Shown: piece by piece, positions 1-11,467 of the stretch
Numbering within the stretch: position 1 is the stretch's first letter
Layout: the number at the start of each line of letters is the position of its first letter
Source: Eledone cirrhosa
Taxonomy: Eukaryota
DNA: 64,000 nucleotides
NCBI GenBank assembly: GCA_964016885.1
Contig: OZ024741.1
Span: 194,122,001-194,186,000, forward strand
Direction of reading: 5' to 3'
Notes under the pieces: generated by a model
What the model saw: only the letters and a program-made list of their open reading frames with translations
What the model was told of the DNA's origin: nothing
Databases searched by the model: none
Made by a program: the position numbers and the translations under genes

Positions 1-210
1 GCATCATCCGATTGGTCGAGGGCTGTAAGCGCCTGAAGACATTCCAGTCTCAAAGTGTTCCCTCTCGGTCTTCGCTTGGCCCAGGACTGCACCTCCGTCA
101 AGGAGACGAGCTGGGGGAGAACGCGTCTGGCAAACGGCGACCACACTTGTTCGCTGTCGAGGAAGAGGTGGAGATGCTGTAACCTGGGTGCATATCAACC
201 ATGGCATGCC
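1..210 (-). mobile_element. Degraded L1/Tx1-like LINE ORF2 fragment, cut by a Gypsy LTR at 211
   Basis: GC-richer segment; frameshifted minus-strand peptide GMPWL...RLQHLHLFLDSEQVWSPFARRVLPQL resembles the post-RT region of Tx1-type ORF2 (recognised from memory). Confidence 0.4.
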
Positions 211-2353
211 TATAACAGAAGGAGTGTGGAATATATATTTATACTTTTCAGCAATTACAGATGAGTTGGAACATTTACCAATACTTGTTGTATTACATAT
301 AAAAGTACAATTTAATCCTTATAAGATAAGGCTTCGAGGAAATACCTTTGTTCGTGGTGATTCTTCCTTTATACTTGTATCAACGGGCTTCTGATATCCA
401 TATATAAATAATTATGCCTTCAACACTCGATACGTTATATAAACATTTATTATTCGTAGGCCAAATGTATAAACACACACGAGGATATTAAAATATATAA
501 ACAGTAACTAGCCATACATTTGCTAAGTCAGCCAAGGCTAGAGAGAAACTTCCCAGAACAATGCAGGAAACGTTGAATACATCTTTGTTGATAATATTCA
601 GTACTTCTTCATAGGACACATATTCAGTAGTACGTCTTCTGTTGGCGGTCGAAATTTTCTGTGGTGAACCCAATTTACTAGACCGGAAGTAACAGTATAT
701 TCATGTGCGACTTAAACGATTGGTCTACCTAACCAAATCGCGCGTGAAATATTGTTATTGCGAGGTATGAAGTAATGCCGCTACATCACCCACTACTTAG
801 ACCGCGATGCGGTCCATAAGAATGAGAAGAAAATAACTGAAAAGGTAACACAAATCAAACAAGTAAATACAAAATTGAAAAAAAAAAGACTAGTTCATAC
901 TTTAAGGCAAATTTCAAAGTTTGTTATACATAAATTGTTTTACACAGTCTCTTGGGCCAATGGACACGTATGTTGAAGGTGGCGGAGTGTGTGTATGAGC
1001 TTGTGGTGCTTGCGGTAGTGTTTGTCATGACACAGTGTTTGTTTGTGTGCGAAAGAACACGATAAGGTCCTGTGTAAGGCGGCGTGGGAGGACTTCTCAC
1101 GGCGCCCTTCCTAAGGAACACATGGGTCTATGAATCAATGTCCTTCGGAACCAAAGATTTAGTAGTTTGTTACTGAGGATTCATCGGCGGAAGATCGTTA
1201 AAATACGATCGAAGTCTGTGTACGTACACAGCGGTATCTGACAAAGAAAAGTCAACTGGGGCCAACATCTGACCCGGCAGAGATAAAGGTACTCCGTAAA
1301 CTAACTCGGCTGGGGAGTATCCGATATCCTCCTTGACTGCTGAACGACAGCGAAGAAGGATAATGGGTAGGTACTCTTTCCAACGCTGCTGATGAGGATA
1401 AGCACACAAGGCAGCTTTCAATTGGCGGTGGAAGCGTTCTACCATGTCGCAATATCCAATCCGATACCAGGGCTCGCGTTACAGATTCTGCCGAAATGTC
1501 ACTTAAAGGAATGGCTTCAGGCCAACGTGTGAAGCGGTCGATACAGGTAAGGAGATACGTGAATCCCTGACTGACTGGCCAAGGTCCAACAAGATCAATA
1601 TGCACATGGCTGAAACGAGCATCTGGAGTGCTAAATGTGCCGAGGGGTGCGTGCAGTGGTGGATTAACAATATAAGCAAAGTAAGCACGTGCTTAGGGCA
1701 TCAAAGGAAGAAGGGGCACCTCAAAAAAATTTTATATGATGAATTTACAGTTTAAATTATTAAATTAATTAATTTTATAGCAATTTTCAAAATGAAATAA
1801 ATGAATAAATTCGGTATAAACATAGTTGTTCATTTCAGTTTATTTGTTAAATCTCAGTTTTTCAGACGTTTATCTTTAGAAATTTTTCTGAAACTCCAAT
1901 GTATTCTGGTTCAATTTTAAAATGGCTACATGCTTGTTGAAATGTTTTTTAATGAATATAGCCACCAGCTGAAAGTTTTTTATACTCCCAATCCCAACTA
2001 ACCAAGGTTTATTTTCTGCTTCTTTTTATTAACAATTCTTCTCATTAGGGTTTTTTTATTTTTTTACAAATTTTTTTTTTAACTTGAACCTTTTAATATT
2101 GTAGACTCTATATCAAAAATAATTGTCATTTGTGTTCTCGATTATCTGCTATATAGTATAACTTTTTTATTTCTACATAATTTTTTTTTTTTTTTTTTTT
2201 ATCTGAACAAACTCAAGCTTTAATTTTATAACTGTATTTGCTGATTGTTTATTTGGGTTCATACCATCCTTTCTCAAATCTAACCATCAGATCTAATTAA
2301 CAGATCCCCAAAAATCTAACCATTCAAATCTAATTAACATCCCAAAAACCAAG

Positions 2354-5300
2354 ATGAAACACATTCAGTTAAGTGGAGAACAAAAAGGAAAACTTGCAAA
2401 CAAGAAACAAGAAAAAGCTTCGGAATTAGATCGCAAGACAGCAAAGCTGACTAATTTTTTCTCACAAGTTCCACAACATGATTTACAGATTCCAGGTCAA
2501 AACCGATATACGTTATCAGAAGTAGACATGAATACGGCAAATACAACTTTGATTACTTCAGAATCAAAATATGATGACATTAGAAGTACCGAGATGTCGC
2601 AAGCATGTTCATCCAGCACATGTCTCACAACTGATCTTATTTTGCCTGTGAATTCTCTTTATTCGGATACCTCTACTGCAAATGATGATAAGGCTCAAAT
2701 AATTGCTGAAAATAGAAGTTTAGAGCACTGTGACAATGGCGGTGAAATTAATTTGCCTGTAAAAAATGAAGAAAATTACAATTTAGCAAACGATCTAGGA
2801 ATGTGGCTTGATTTCTCTGCTAATGATATAGCTTATTGGAATACTTGTGAACCCAGTATTTGTCAACACCACAACGGGCCATTTGAAAAGTCTTGCCGTC
2901 ATTTTAGTAGTGGCAAACCAGTAAGGTATTGCTCACAGAAACTTTTTATTGGGACAAAAGCCAATAGTGAAAAATACAAGAGAGAGTTACTCTATTCACC
3001 ATCAAGAGGATCAGTTTATTGTTTTGTTTGTAAACTGTTTGCTCGTGAAAAAAATTCAATTTTTGTTCCAAGAGAAGGGTTCTGTGATTGGCGCAATACT
3101 ATTGTAATTGAAAAGCATGAGAAAAGCATTATTCACCGAGAGTCTTTACTGGCATATTTAACTCGCAGGCAAGGTGCGGGGTTAAAGTCAGATTTGGAGA
3201 AACAAATTCATGAAGAGTGCAATTACTGGGAACACGTTTTGAGGCGTGTCGTAGCTGTTATTTGTACATTAGCTGAATGTGGCATGCCTTTCGAGGAGGT
3301 GAAGAGAAGTTTGGATCGTTGCAAAATGGGAATTTTTTAGGGCTGCTTGAACTCATAAGCCAGTTTGAACCATTTTTAGCAGGCCACATTTCTAAATATG
3401 GAAATTCTGGAAAAGGAAATCCTTCTTACATGTCAAAAACTACTATCGAGGAAATTATTCAACTAATTGCACAAAAGGTCCGTGAGTTCATTATTAATGA
3501 AGTTAAATCTTCTGGTTATTTTAGTTTATCCGTTGATTCAACACCAGATTTATCACATAGCGATCAATTGAGTGTTGTACTTAGGTATTTACAAGATGGA
3601 CAGCCTATTGAACGATTTTTAACCTTCATCATAACAAAACCACACTGGCGAAAATATGGCGAACCAGGTGCTGCTGCATTTACGTGAAGCTTGTGGGTTA
3701 AATGTTTCAAAATGTAGGGGTCAGACTTATGACAATGCTGCTAACATGTCTGGGCGTTATAAGGGGATGCAGCAAAAAATTTTAGAAACAAGTTTGTTAT
3801 ATATGTGCCCTGTGCAGCTCATTCATTAAATCTTGTTGGCAGGAGTGCTGTTGACTGCTGTCAAGAGGCTGTTAATTTTTTTCCGCTTCCACTAACCGTT
3901 GGTAAATTCTCAAAGATTTTATTAAGAATGAATGTGTCTTGAAATCCCTCTCTGATACAAGATGGGAAGCACATGCTATGGCAACAGCAGCAATCTTGAA
4001 ATCGTTCCCCGAGATTTCCGAGGCATTAGAATATATAGTCGAAGATCAATCACAAAAGGGAGACGCTAGAAGAGAGGCAAATAATATTGTTGATAAGATG
4101 TAACAGTAATATACGTGAACGACAAAGCATAAATGAATTGAGAGAGAGACTGAGCATAAGAGGAATCAAATGCTGCGTGCAGGAGAGGCGGTTACGCTGG
4201 TATGGACATGTGATGCGTATGAAGGATGACAGCTGCATAAAAAGGTGCAGAGCACTAGAAGTTGATGGAAACCGCGGAGTGGGGAGACCCAAGATGACTT
4301 GGGATGAGGTGATAAAAGCCGACCTTACCCAACTACACCTCTCAAAGTCAATGACACACGACCGTGACTTCTGGCGTCACGCAGTAATACAGGGTACCCG
4401 ACCTCCCATGGGTACATGCTGAAGCATATAAACAATATGCCCCCCCCCCCCCCACCGCAGGGTGGTCGTGGAGGTGCCACGGCAAAAAAGCACCCAGCCC
4501 ACACTGTAAAGTGGACGTGTAGGCGCCACGAAAAAGCACCCAGCACTCACTGTAAATGAGGTTGGTGTTAGGAAGGGCATCCAGCTGTAGAAATCAAGCC
4601 AGATCAGTTCCTGTATGAGCAAGGCATGGTCAGCCGACCAGACACTGCCCACAACAGGACAACCCGTCTAACCCATGCTAGCGTGGAAGAACGGACGTAA
4701 AACGGTGATGATGATGATGATGATGCAAGAGCTAGAATTCGTTTTTATGTTGATTTTTTGGAATGAGGTTTTGCAGAATTTTCACAGTGTAAGCAAAGTT
4801 CTACAAAATGAGGATGTGAACTTAAAGACATGTGCAGATCTCTATGTATCATTAGCTGACCAACTGAACACCTCACGAGATGAATTTGAAAGATATGAAA
4901 AAGAGGCCAAGGAAATTCTTCCAGATGCAACTCGCAAACGTATTTTAAAAAAAGTACTCAATGACGGAGATACAGCAGAAGTTTATTTAGATGCCAGAGA
5001 TAAGTTTCGTATCACCACATTTTACACAACTGTTGACAAACTTGCAGCTGAGATGGAAAGAAGAGGAGAGATATACAAAGAAATGGCAGAGAAATTTTCT
5101 TTTCTTAGTGATGTGCCAAATAGAGGCACTCCAACAGCTACTAATATTGAAAGGTATTCTCAGTACTGTCAAAAGTTGATCGATGCTTATCCAGAGGACT
5201 TCAATAGTAATTTCTCAGCTGAGCTTCAGCAGTTTCATTTATATGTGCGAAATAAGATGAGTAGAACAGAAAATGTAAAAACAAGATTTAATCATGCTGA

Positions 5301-5560
5301 ACTTTATAAAATTATTGTAAAAGACAATATTGAGTGTGCCTTTCCAAATGTAGACATAGCCTTTCGTATATTTTTAACATTAATGGTTACTAACTGCTCA
5401 GCGGTTGAAATATATTAAAAATCCCTTCAGAACAACCATGCAACAATAGAGGCTGGATGCTTTATCCCTATTGTGTATAGAAGCAGATGTGTTATGCAAG
5501 ATTGGTTACGAGGATCTGATCAAAGACTTTGCAAGAAAAGAAAGCAGGAAAAAGTATTCA
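2354..5560 (+). pseudogene. hAT transposase pseudogene (ORF pieces 2354-3340, 3277-3687, about 3660-4100 and 4726-5560)
   Basis: TTF-type zinc finger, DUF4371 and C-terminal dimerisation-like motifs broken by frameshifts, stops and an RTE insertion. Confidence 0.85.
4101..4725 (+). mobile_element. 5'-truncated RTE-clade LINE 3' end with (GAT)n tail, inserted in the hAT ORF
   Basis: RRLRWYGHVMRM...GRPKMTW C-terminal RTE motif; hAT frame ...IVDKM|QELEF resumes after the tail; homologous to copies at 8250-8920 and 52830-53655. Confidence 0.85.
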
Positions 5561-6099
5561 ATAAATAAAATTATTTTCTCGCTTTATTTTGAAATTTCAA
5601 TAAATAAAACTTTAATTTTCTATATATTATTGTTTATGTTTTGATCTACAAATGTATGGGGCACCAAAATTTTTTAGTGCTTAGGGCCTCTAAGGGTTTT
5701 AATCCGGCTCTGGGTGCGTGAATATGCTTATGCACCTCCGACTTCTGACAAGACAAACAGGAACATGACCAAGTAGTGATATCACGTCTTATATTTGGCT
5801 AGAAGAATCTAGTCGAAATGAGTTTCACTGTGGTTGAAATTCCAGGGTGTGCCAGACTGTGTAGAGAGTCGAAGTGGGTACAGGCAGGTATTTGAATTTG
5901 CAGTTTGCTAATTCTGGCGAAGAGAGATCCAACGACTCTAGGGTGGGCTGTTCTGCAGCCAGGAGATGCAAGTCAATATTCGCAGGTGCTGTCAAGGAAT
6001 TGATGGGTAGGCGAGATAAGGAATCCGCCGCTGTATTTTGTTCACCAGGGATATGACGAATGCTAGAATTCAAAACTGATTTTGTTTTATGATATATAT

Positions 6100-6560
6100 A
6101 TATATAATTTTATTTACAATTGTATAAATTTACAGCTGAATAACATTACAAATGCGTAAATAATATTATGAATTGCTTGCAATTCCTGCAAGAGAACATT
6201 ACAAATATAATGTCTAAGCCGTGTATAAAAATAGAATAATATAATTCATTGAACAATAATGATAAAGAAAAGAAAAAAATAGGGGTGGGTGGGCAATTCA
6301 TCACCAAGTGCAACAATCGGCCGCACCTCATACGTTAAGGGTTAACTACACACTTTGAGGTAAGCCAATATGCTCGCAGCATTACTACGGGCGATGGTGA
6401 GGTTAAGGCACTGAAATAACCAGGCACCCTCACGGCCATCACTCGACACCTCAGTAAGGTAGCCGCTAGTGATAACAAGAATTTTGCGCTCAGCAGCCCA
6501 ACTCCACCAAACATCTCGAACGCCACAGGCTGGAAAAAATAATTATTTGATAATATATCA
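6100..6560 (-). mobile_element. CRE-clade non-LTR retrotransposon 3' fragment
   Basis: LSNNYFFQPVAFEMFGGVG endonuclease-tail peptide homologous to 15830-15960; 3' UTR motif GCGGCCGATTGT..CACTTGGTG shared with the copy near 8050. Confidence 0.7.
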
Positions 6561-6595
6561 CTATTTATTGAAACTATGACGTTTCGTATATTAAA

Positions 6596-6775
6596 GGGCG
6601 GTGGATTGACAGAATCGGTAGAGTGTTGAACAAAATATCTTACAGTATTTAGTAACGTAACTTTACATTCCGAGTTCAAATCCCGCTGAAGTTAACTTTG
6701 CATTTCTTCTTACCAGAGTTATTAAAATGAAGTACCAGTTAAGTAAATCGATCGACTTCACCCTCACTCTTTGAT
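6596..6775 (+). mobile_element. SINE family 1 copy (GAGTTCAAATCCCGCCGAGGTTAACTTTGC core)
   Basis: Pol III B-box-like GAGTTCAAATCC; same core at 7429, 17383, 31750(-), 43783 and 52600(-). Confidence 0.7.
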
Positions 6776-7381
6776 AGTAAACAGTTAAACCGATAAAATA
6801 TACCAGTGATCCATTTTTTTTTTTTTTGTAGCAGCGTTGTTTCATGGCTCGTAACAATAATCTTTTCATGCGTGATTTGGTTAATAAGTCGCGCATGAAT
6901 ATCAACAACTTCCGCACAAACAAAGAAATTCCGCGCTTCTTTGTAGACTAAACACCAGTTGCTGCTTTGACATCAAGAAGCTAACATCCATTTTTCCTAT
7001 CAGTGTCAACACTAGCAAAAATGTAACGGTAATCAAGAAAGATCTGCCCTGTCGGCTAGGGACGGTTTTCTTTGCATCAAACATTTAATTTTGTTCCTTC
7101 ACTTTTACTCGGCATGCCAGTCCAACATTTTGTAAACCTGTTTCGGTTGTAAATAAATCATATAAAAAGTTACGAGATCTTATAATATTTCTGCCATCAA
7201 CGAATCTTGCATACACACATAAAATTGGACGTGATATGGGAAAATCCTTTTCCCAAGGTTCTATCATTTTCCACAATAACAAGTATAACATTTGACTAAC
7301 CCACTTGCCAACAAGTCTTCTCACTCTATAACTGTGTTACAGATTCTCTTCTTACGTGGCGACAACCGAATAACAACCATT

Positions 7382-7547
7382 AAAGTTAACCTCGGTGGGA
7401 TTTGAACTCAGTTACGTCCCTTTACGATCTGAGTTCAAATCCCGCCGAGGTTAACTTTGCCTTTCATCCTTATGGGGTCAATAAAATAAAGTACCAGTAA
7501 TGTACTGGGTAATTGCTGGCCTTGTGCCTAAAGTAGAAACAATTATT
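7382..7547 (+). mobile_element. SINE family 1 copy with a 30-bp 5' inverted segment
   Basis: 7382-7411 is the reverse complement of 7429-7458 (one mismatch); typical tail gtcaataaaataaagtaccagt...gtagaaacaatt. Confidence 0.75.
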
Positions 7548-7676
7548 AACTTTAACTTCTACGTTACACTCACTTTCGGCTAACATTGCCACATAATAAA
7601 ACCTACATGTTTTTGCTAGTACAACAAAATCTTCTATCTGATACATTTTCAGTTATTAAGGGTTTACAATATCAAA

Positions 7677-8245
7677 CGGACCCTAGCTCGGGTAAATATC
7701 CCCTCAGTTCTGGAGCCGGCTGGATTATCCAGAAGAGATGGGAAGAGACCAGACGGCCCAACCCTTTGTCCCTTGGTAAGAGGCAGGTGCTCACCTGGGA
7801 CTCCACACTCAATTACTCTTTTGCTCCCTCCCACATAATGGATGCCGCGATAATTGTGGAGGCTACTGTTTCCGCTGCCGAACGGAATAAAATCCAAAAA
7901 TGCCGAGATCTATCTAACAATTATTTTTTTCAGCCTGTGATGTTCGAGACACTTGGTAGAGTTGAGTCGTTGACAGCGAAGTTCTTGTCTGGTTGTTTTA
8001 GTATCTTAGCCTCGTCAGCTTGCCTCAAAACATTCCGTTGACCCTTGTGATGTGCGGCCGATTGTCACACTTGGTGGTGAATTGATGGTCGTTTTTGTTT
8101 TTTACCTCCACCTTTCTTTCTCACATTCTGTTCATATATTTTGGTGTGTTGTATTTGTGAGGTTCTTAGCAATAGTTAATCGTATTTGTTATGTGTTTAT
8201 ATTTTCATTCTAAAAGAATTGTAGTGTTATTTTATTTTTAAAGAA
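7677..8245 (+). mobile_element. CRE-clade non-LTR retrotransposon 3' fragment (restriction-like endonuclease)
   Basis: Peptide RQVLTWDST...SHIMDAA...AERNKIQKCRDLSNNYFFQPV is homologous to 15605-15958; T-rich 3' UTR. Confidence 0.75.
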
Positions 8246-8249
8246 TTAA

Positions 8250-8920
8250 GATGACATCATCATCCTCATCACGTCAATTTTTCCACGCTAGCATGGGTTA
8301 GACAAGTTGTCCTGTTGTGGGCAATACAGAACTGATTTGGGCTTGATTTCTACAGCTGGATGCCCTTCCAAACACCAACCTCATTTACAGTGTGGCCTGG
8401 GTGCTTTTTTTTGCCGTGACACCTCCACGACCACTTTGCAGTGGGAGGGGATGGGAGCATATTGTCTATATGCTTCAGCTTCGACTTGTACCCGTGGGAA
8501 GTCGGGTCTTCTGTATTACTGCGTAACGCCAGAGGTCTCGGTGCTGTGCCATCGCCTTTGAGAAGTGCAATTGAGCAAGATCAACTTTTATCACCTCATC
8601 CCAGGTCTTCTTGGGTCTCCCCCACTCCAAGGCTTCCATCGGCTTTTAGCGCTCTGCACCTTTTTATGCAGCTGTCACCCTTCATACGCATCACATGTCC
8701 ATACTAACGTAATCTCCTCTCCTGCACACATCATTTGATTCCTCTTATGCCTAGTTTCTCTCTTAATTTGTTTATGCTTTGATGTTCACATATATTACTA
8801 TTACACACCCATCGGAGCATGCAAGCTTCATTTCTTTCCAATCTACGCAAGTCTTCTGCACACAACGCCCAAGTCTCACTATCATGCTTTTCGTACGCAC
8901 GCATCATACAGTCTGCCTTG
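8250..8920 (-). mobile_element. RTE-clade LINE 3' fragment
   Basis: Reverse-complement homolog of 4101-4725 with a degenerate (CAT)n tail at the left end. Confidence 0.8.
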
Positions 8921-9063
8921 ACATATATTAGGAAATTAATTTACAGTAGGAAGCAAAAACAAATCCTAATTTTTTTATTTATTTATCCCAATTCATTCTT
9001 TTTACATAAACACCCGTTTCAGATTCGATTAAAAACTTTATTCCTCCGGTTTTTCGTGTTGTC

Positions 9064-11259
9064 TGTGGGTATGGTGTGGTGTGCGGTGGCCGGAGGCTGG
9101 GGAGTGCTCGACCGGAAGAGTGCTTGACCGGAAGGGTGCTCGACCGGAAGGGCCAGCAGGTCTGCCTCTCTCTAGCGTGGTCAGCGAAAGTGGTGGACGT
9201 CAGTTTTAGAGCTCCCGGTTAACGAGTTGGATTGTACGCACGTGGGAGAGGAGAAACCAGCCATTGGATTACCGGTGCCAGCAATAAGCGGTAAGTGAAG
9301 TAGCTTTTTCTAACCACAAGCTATTTCGGCACTGGAAGACGATAAAAAAAAGAACTTTCTCGAAAACAAAGCTACTGGAAAACAGAGAGGAGTCTGTTGT
9401 TTTTTATTACTTACCGCAGGACAAAATTAGGATATGGCGGCGAGATTACGAATGAGCAGAGAAGCGATTAGAGCATTTACCGGTGAAGGCGATGTTGTCA
9501 CCTGGTTGCGAAAAGTCCGGCTGGTCGCAAGCTTACAGAAGATAGGAGATGTGGCTGGCCTCATGGCACTGTACCTCGAAGGGGATGCGTTGGCACGCTT
9601 CCTAGAGATGGATGAACATAACCAAAGGGATGCGCAAAAGATTGAGAGGCGTATGATGGAAGCGTTCGCGGAAGGACCGTTAACCGCTTTTGCTAAGTAT
9701 GGTGCGATGCCAGCAGCATAGCGCTGGGTGTCACGTTGGAGATAGGAGGTGTTGAGGTTGAGGATGCAGCCTGGCTTAAGAAGAAGGACGATTGCAACCA
9801 CATAAATGTGGCCGAACTGGACGCGGTGTTGAGAGGCGTGAACCTCGCCCTGAGGTGGGGACTGCGCACCATCGAGATACGCACCGACTCGGCTACTGTA
9901 CTCAGATGGGTGAGATCAGTGCTCACCAGTGAGAAGAAAGGGGCGGTGGATATGCTGATAAAGCGCCGCCTGGGAACTTTAGGAGAGCTGGCCACCGAGT
10001 TCGACCTGAGGCTGAGCGTAGTTTTCGTGCCCTCAGAGAAAAATAAGGTGGACGTTTTAACCAGGGTGAAGAAAGCCTGGATGGAAGCGCCGGAGGATGT
10101 AGAAGAGGAGATAGCTGCCGTGTGTTGGCTGACCGAGTCGGATCTGAAAGGATTGCATGACATGCACCACATGGGAGTGGATAGGACTCTGTTCCTCGCC
10201 AGGAGAATCGACTCGGACGTTAGCAGACACAGTGTTCAAAGAGTGGTTAGAGGCTGCGTCCGATGTCAGTCAATTGATCCCGCCCGGGTGTTCACGAAAC
10301 GAGAAGCCTTCCGGTGGATCGCGACTGGAAGCGATTGGCGGTGGATGTAACCCACTACCGACAGGGAACGTACCTCTCGATGGTCGACTGTGGACCGAGA
10401 CGGATGGCGATATGGAGGGAGATGAAGACTGGAACGGCTGAGGAAATCACGCGGACGTTGGGAGAGGTGTTCTTGGAGTGGAACCCTGTGGACGAACTGC
10501 TGATGGACAATAGCGCAGCGTTCCACTCGGAGGCGCTGAGGGAGATGCTCGATGGATGGAAGGTGGACCATTTCTTCAGAGCAGCGTACAGGCCGAGTGG
10601 AAATGGAATCGTGGAGCGATACCACCGGACGATCAAAGCAATGGCAGAGCGGGGCCACATCTCACCAATGGAGGCAGTGTTCTGGTACAACATGTCTCCT
10701 CGGGTGGGACAGGTTGAGGAATCGGTGCTACACAGAGCAGTATTCAGATACAAGTGGCGGCACCCGTGCACGCCACCACAACAGCCAGTGGAGAGAGAGA
10801 ATGCATTTGTGCAGGTGGGCAAAGAAGTCTGGATTAAGCCCCCAGATGCACGTTGCACATCTCAATGTGTCCGTGGACGGAGTACCACGTCATGTCCTGG
10901 ATGTCCGTAGAAGAGGAAACCCAAAGTGCCGCCCCAACAATGCGGAGATCGCAAAGAAGTCGCAAACCACCAACCTGGACAGCAGACTTTCATATGCAGC
11001 AGGACGAGGGGGAAATTGATCCTTGAGATCAGGGGGGGGGTATAGTGTGGTGTGCGGTGGCCGGAAGCTGGGGAGTGCTCGACCGGAAGAGTGCTCGACC
11101 GGAAGGGCCAGCAGGTCTGCCTCTCTCTAGCGTGGTCAGCGAAGTTTTAGAGCTCCTGGTTAACTAGTTGGATTGTACGCACGTGGGAGAGGAGAAACCA
11201 GCCATTGGATTACCGGTGCCAGCAATAATCGGTAAGTGAAATAGCTTTTTCTAACCACA
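9064..11259 (+). mobile_element. Internally deleted Gypsy LTR retrotransposon C (LTRs 9064-9318 and about 11038-11259)
   Basis: 5-bp TSD TTGTC (9059-9063 and 11260-11264); termini TGTGG...CCACA; poly-G PPT 11031-11040; gag N-terminus (9434), RNaseH (HINVAELDAV, RTDS), HHCC zinc finger, integrase (AVDVTHY, MDN, NGIVER). Protease and RT are absent. Confidence 0.92.
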
Positions 11260-11467
11260 TTGTCAACGATTCCGACCTCGAAACCCATCGTAAATTGCAT
11301 GTTTTTCAGATATCAGCAGGCGAAGCCCGGAGATTTCTCTACAATCTTTCCTATGTCTTTTTTTTTTTTAGCGTTTGGAAAGGATCTTTAGCAGAAAATT
11401 AATATTATGCCGTGTTGGCATAATATTAATCGGCTCAAGCCGAAAGGCTTCAATACTGGACCTATAA

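Larger units (their letters stand above)
1654..5712 (+). mobile_element. hAT DNA transposon (ZMYM1-like/DUF4371 transposase), frameshifted
   Basis: 8-bp TSD GGTGCGTG (1646-1653 and 5713-5720); imperfect TIRs CAGTGGTGGATTAA / CAGAGCCGGATTAA (11/14); motifs YCFVCKLF, GNFLGLLELI, VDSTPDLSHSDQLSVVLRY, YDNAANMSG, FPNV...LTLMVTNCS. Confidence 0.93.
211..6070 (-). mobile_element. Gypsy LTR retrotransposon relic A (3' LTR about 211-785, integrase and RNaseH end; 5'-truncated; interrupted by a hAT at 1654-5712)
   Basis: Integrase motifs [28 protein letters not shown] and GPY; RNaseH end IRHIPGEQNTAADSLSR at 5990-6065; polypurine tract AGTGGGTGA next to LTR start TGTAGC at 785; homologous to element B. 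Confidence 0.9.

Noticed and set aside
2354-3340. ZMYM1-like host gene
   Set aside because: Lies between TIRs and a TSD and is frameshifted, so it is a hAT transposase relic rather than a domesticated gene.
9427-10858. Overlapping antisense ORFs on Gypsy C
   Set aside because: Shadow frames of GC-rich pol sequence with no motifs.
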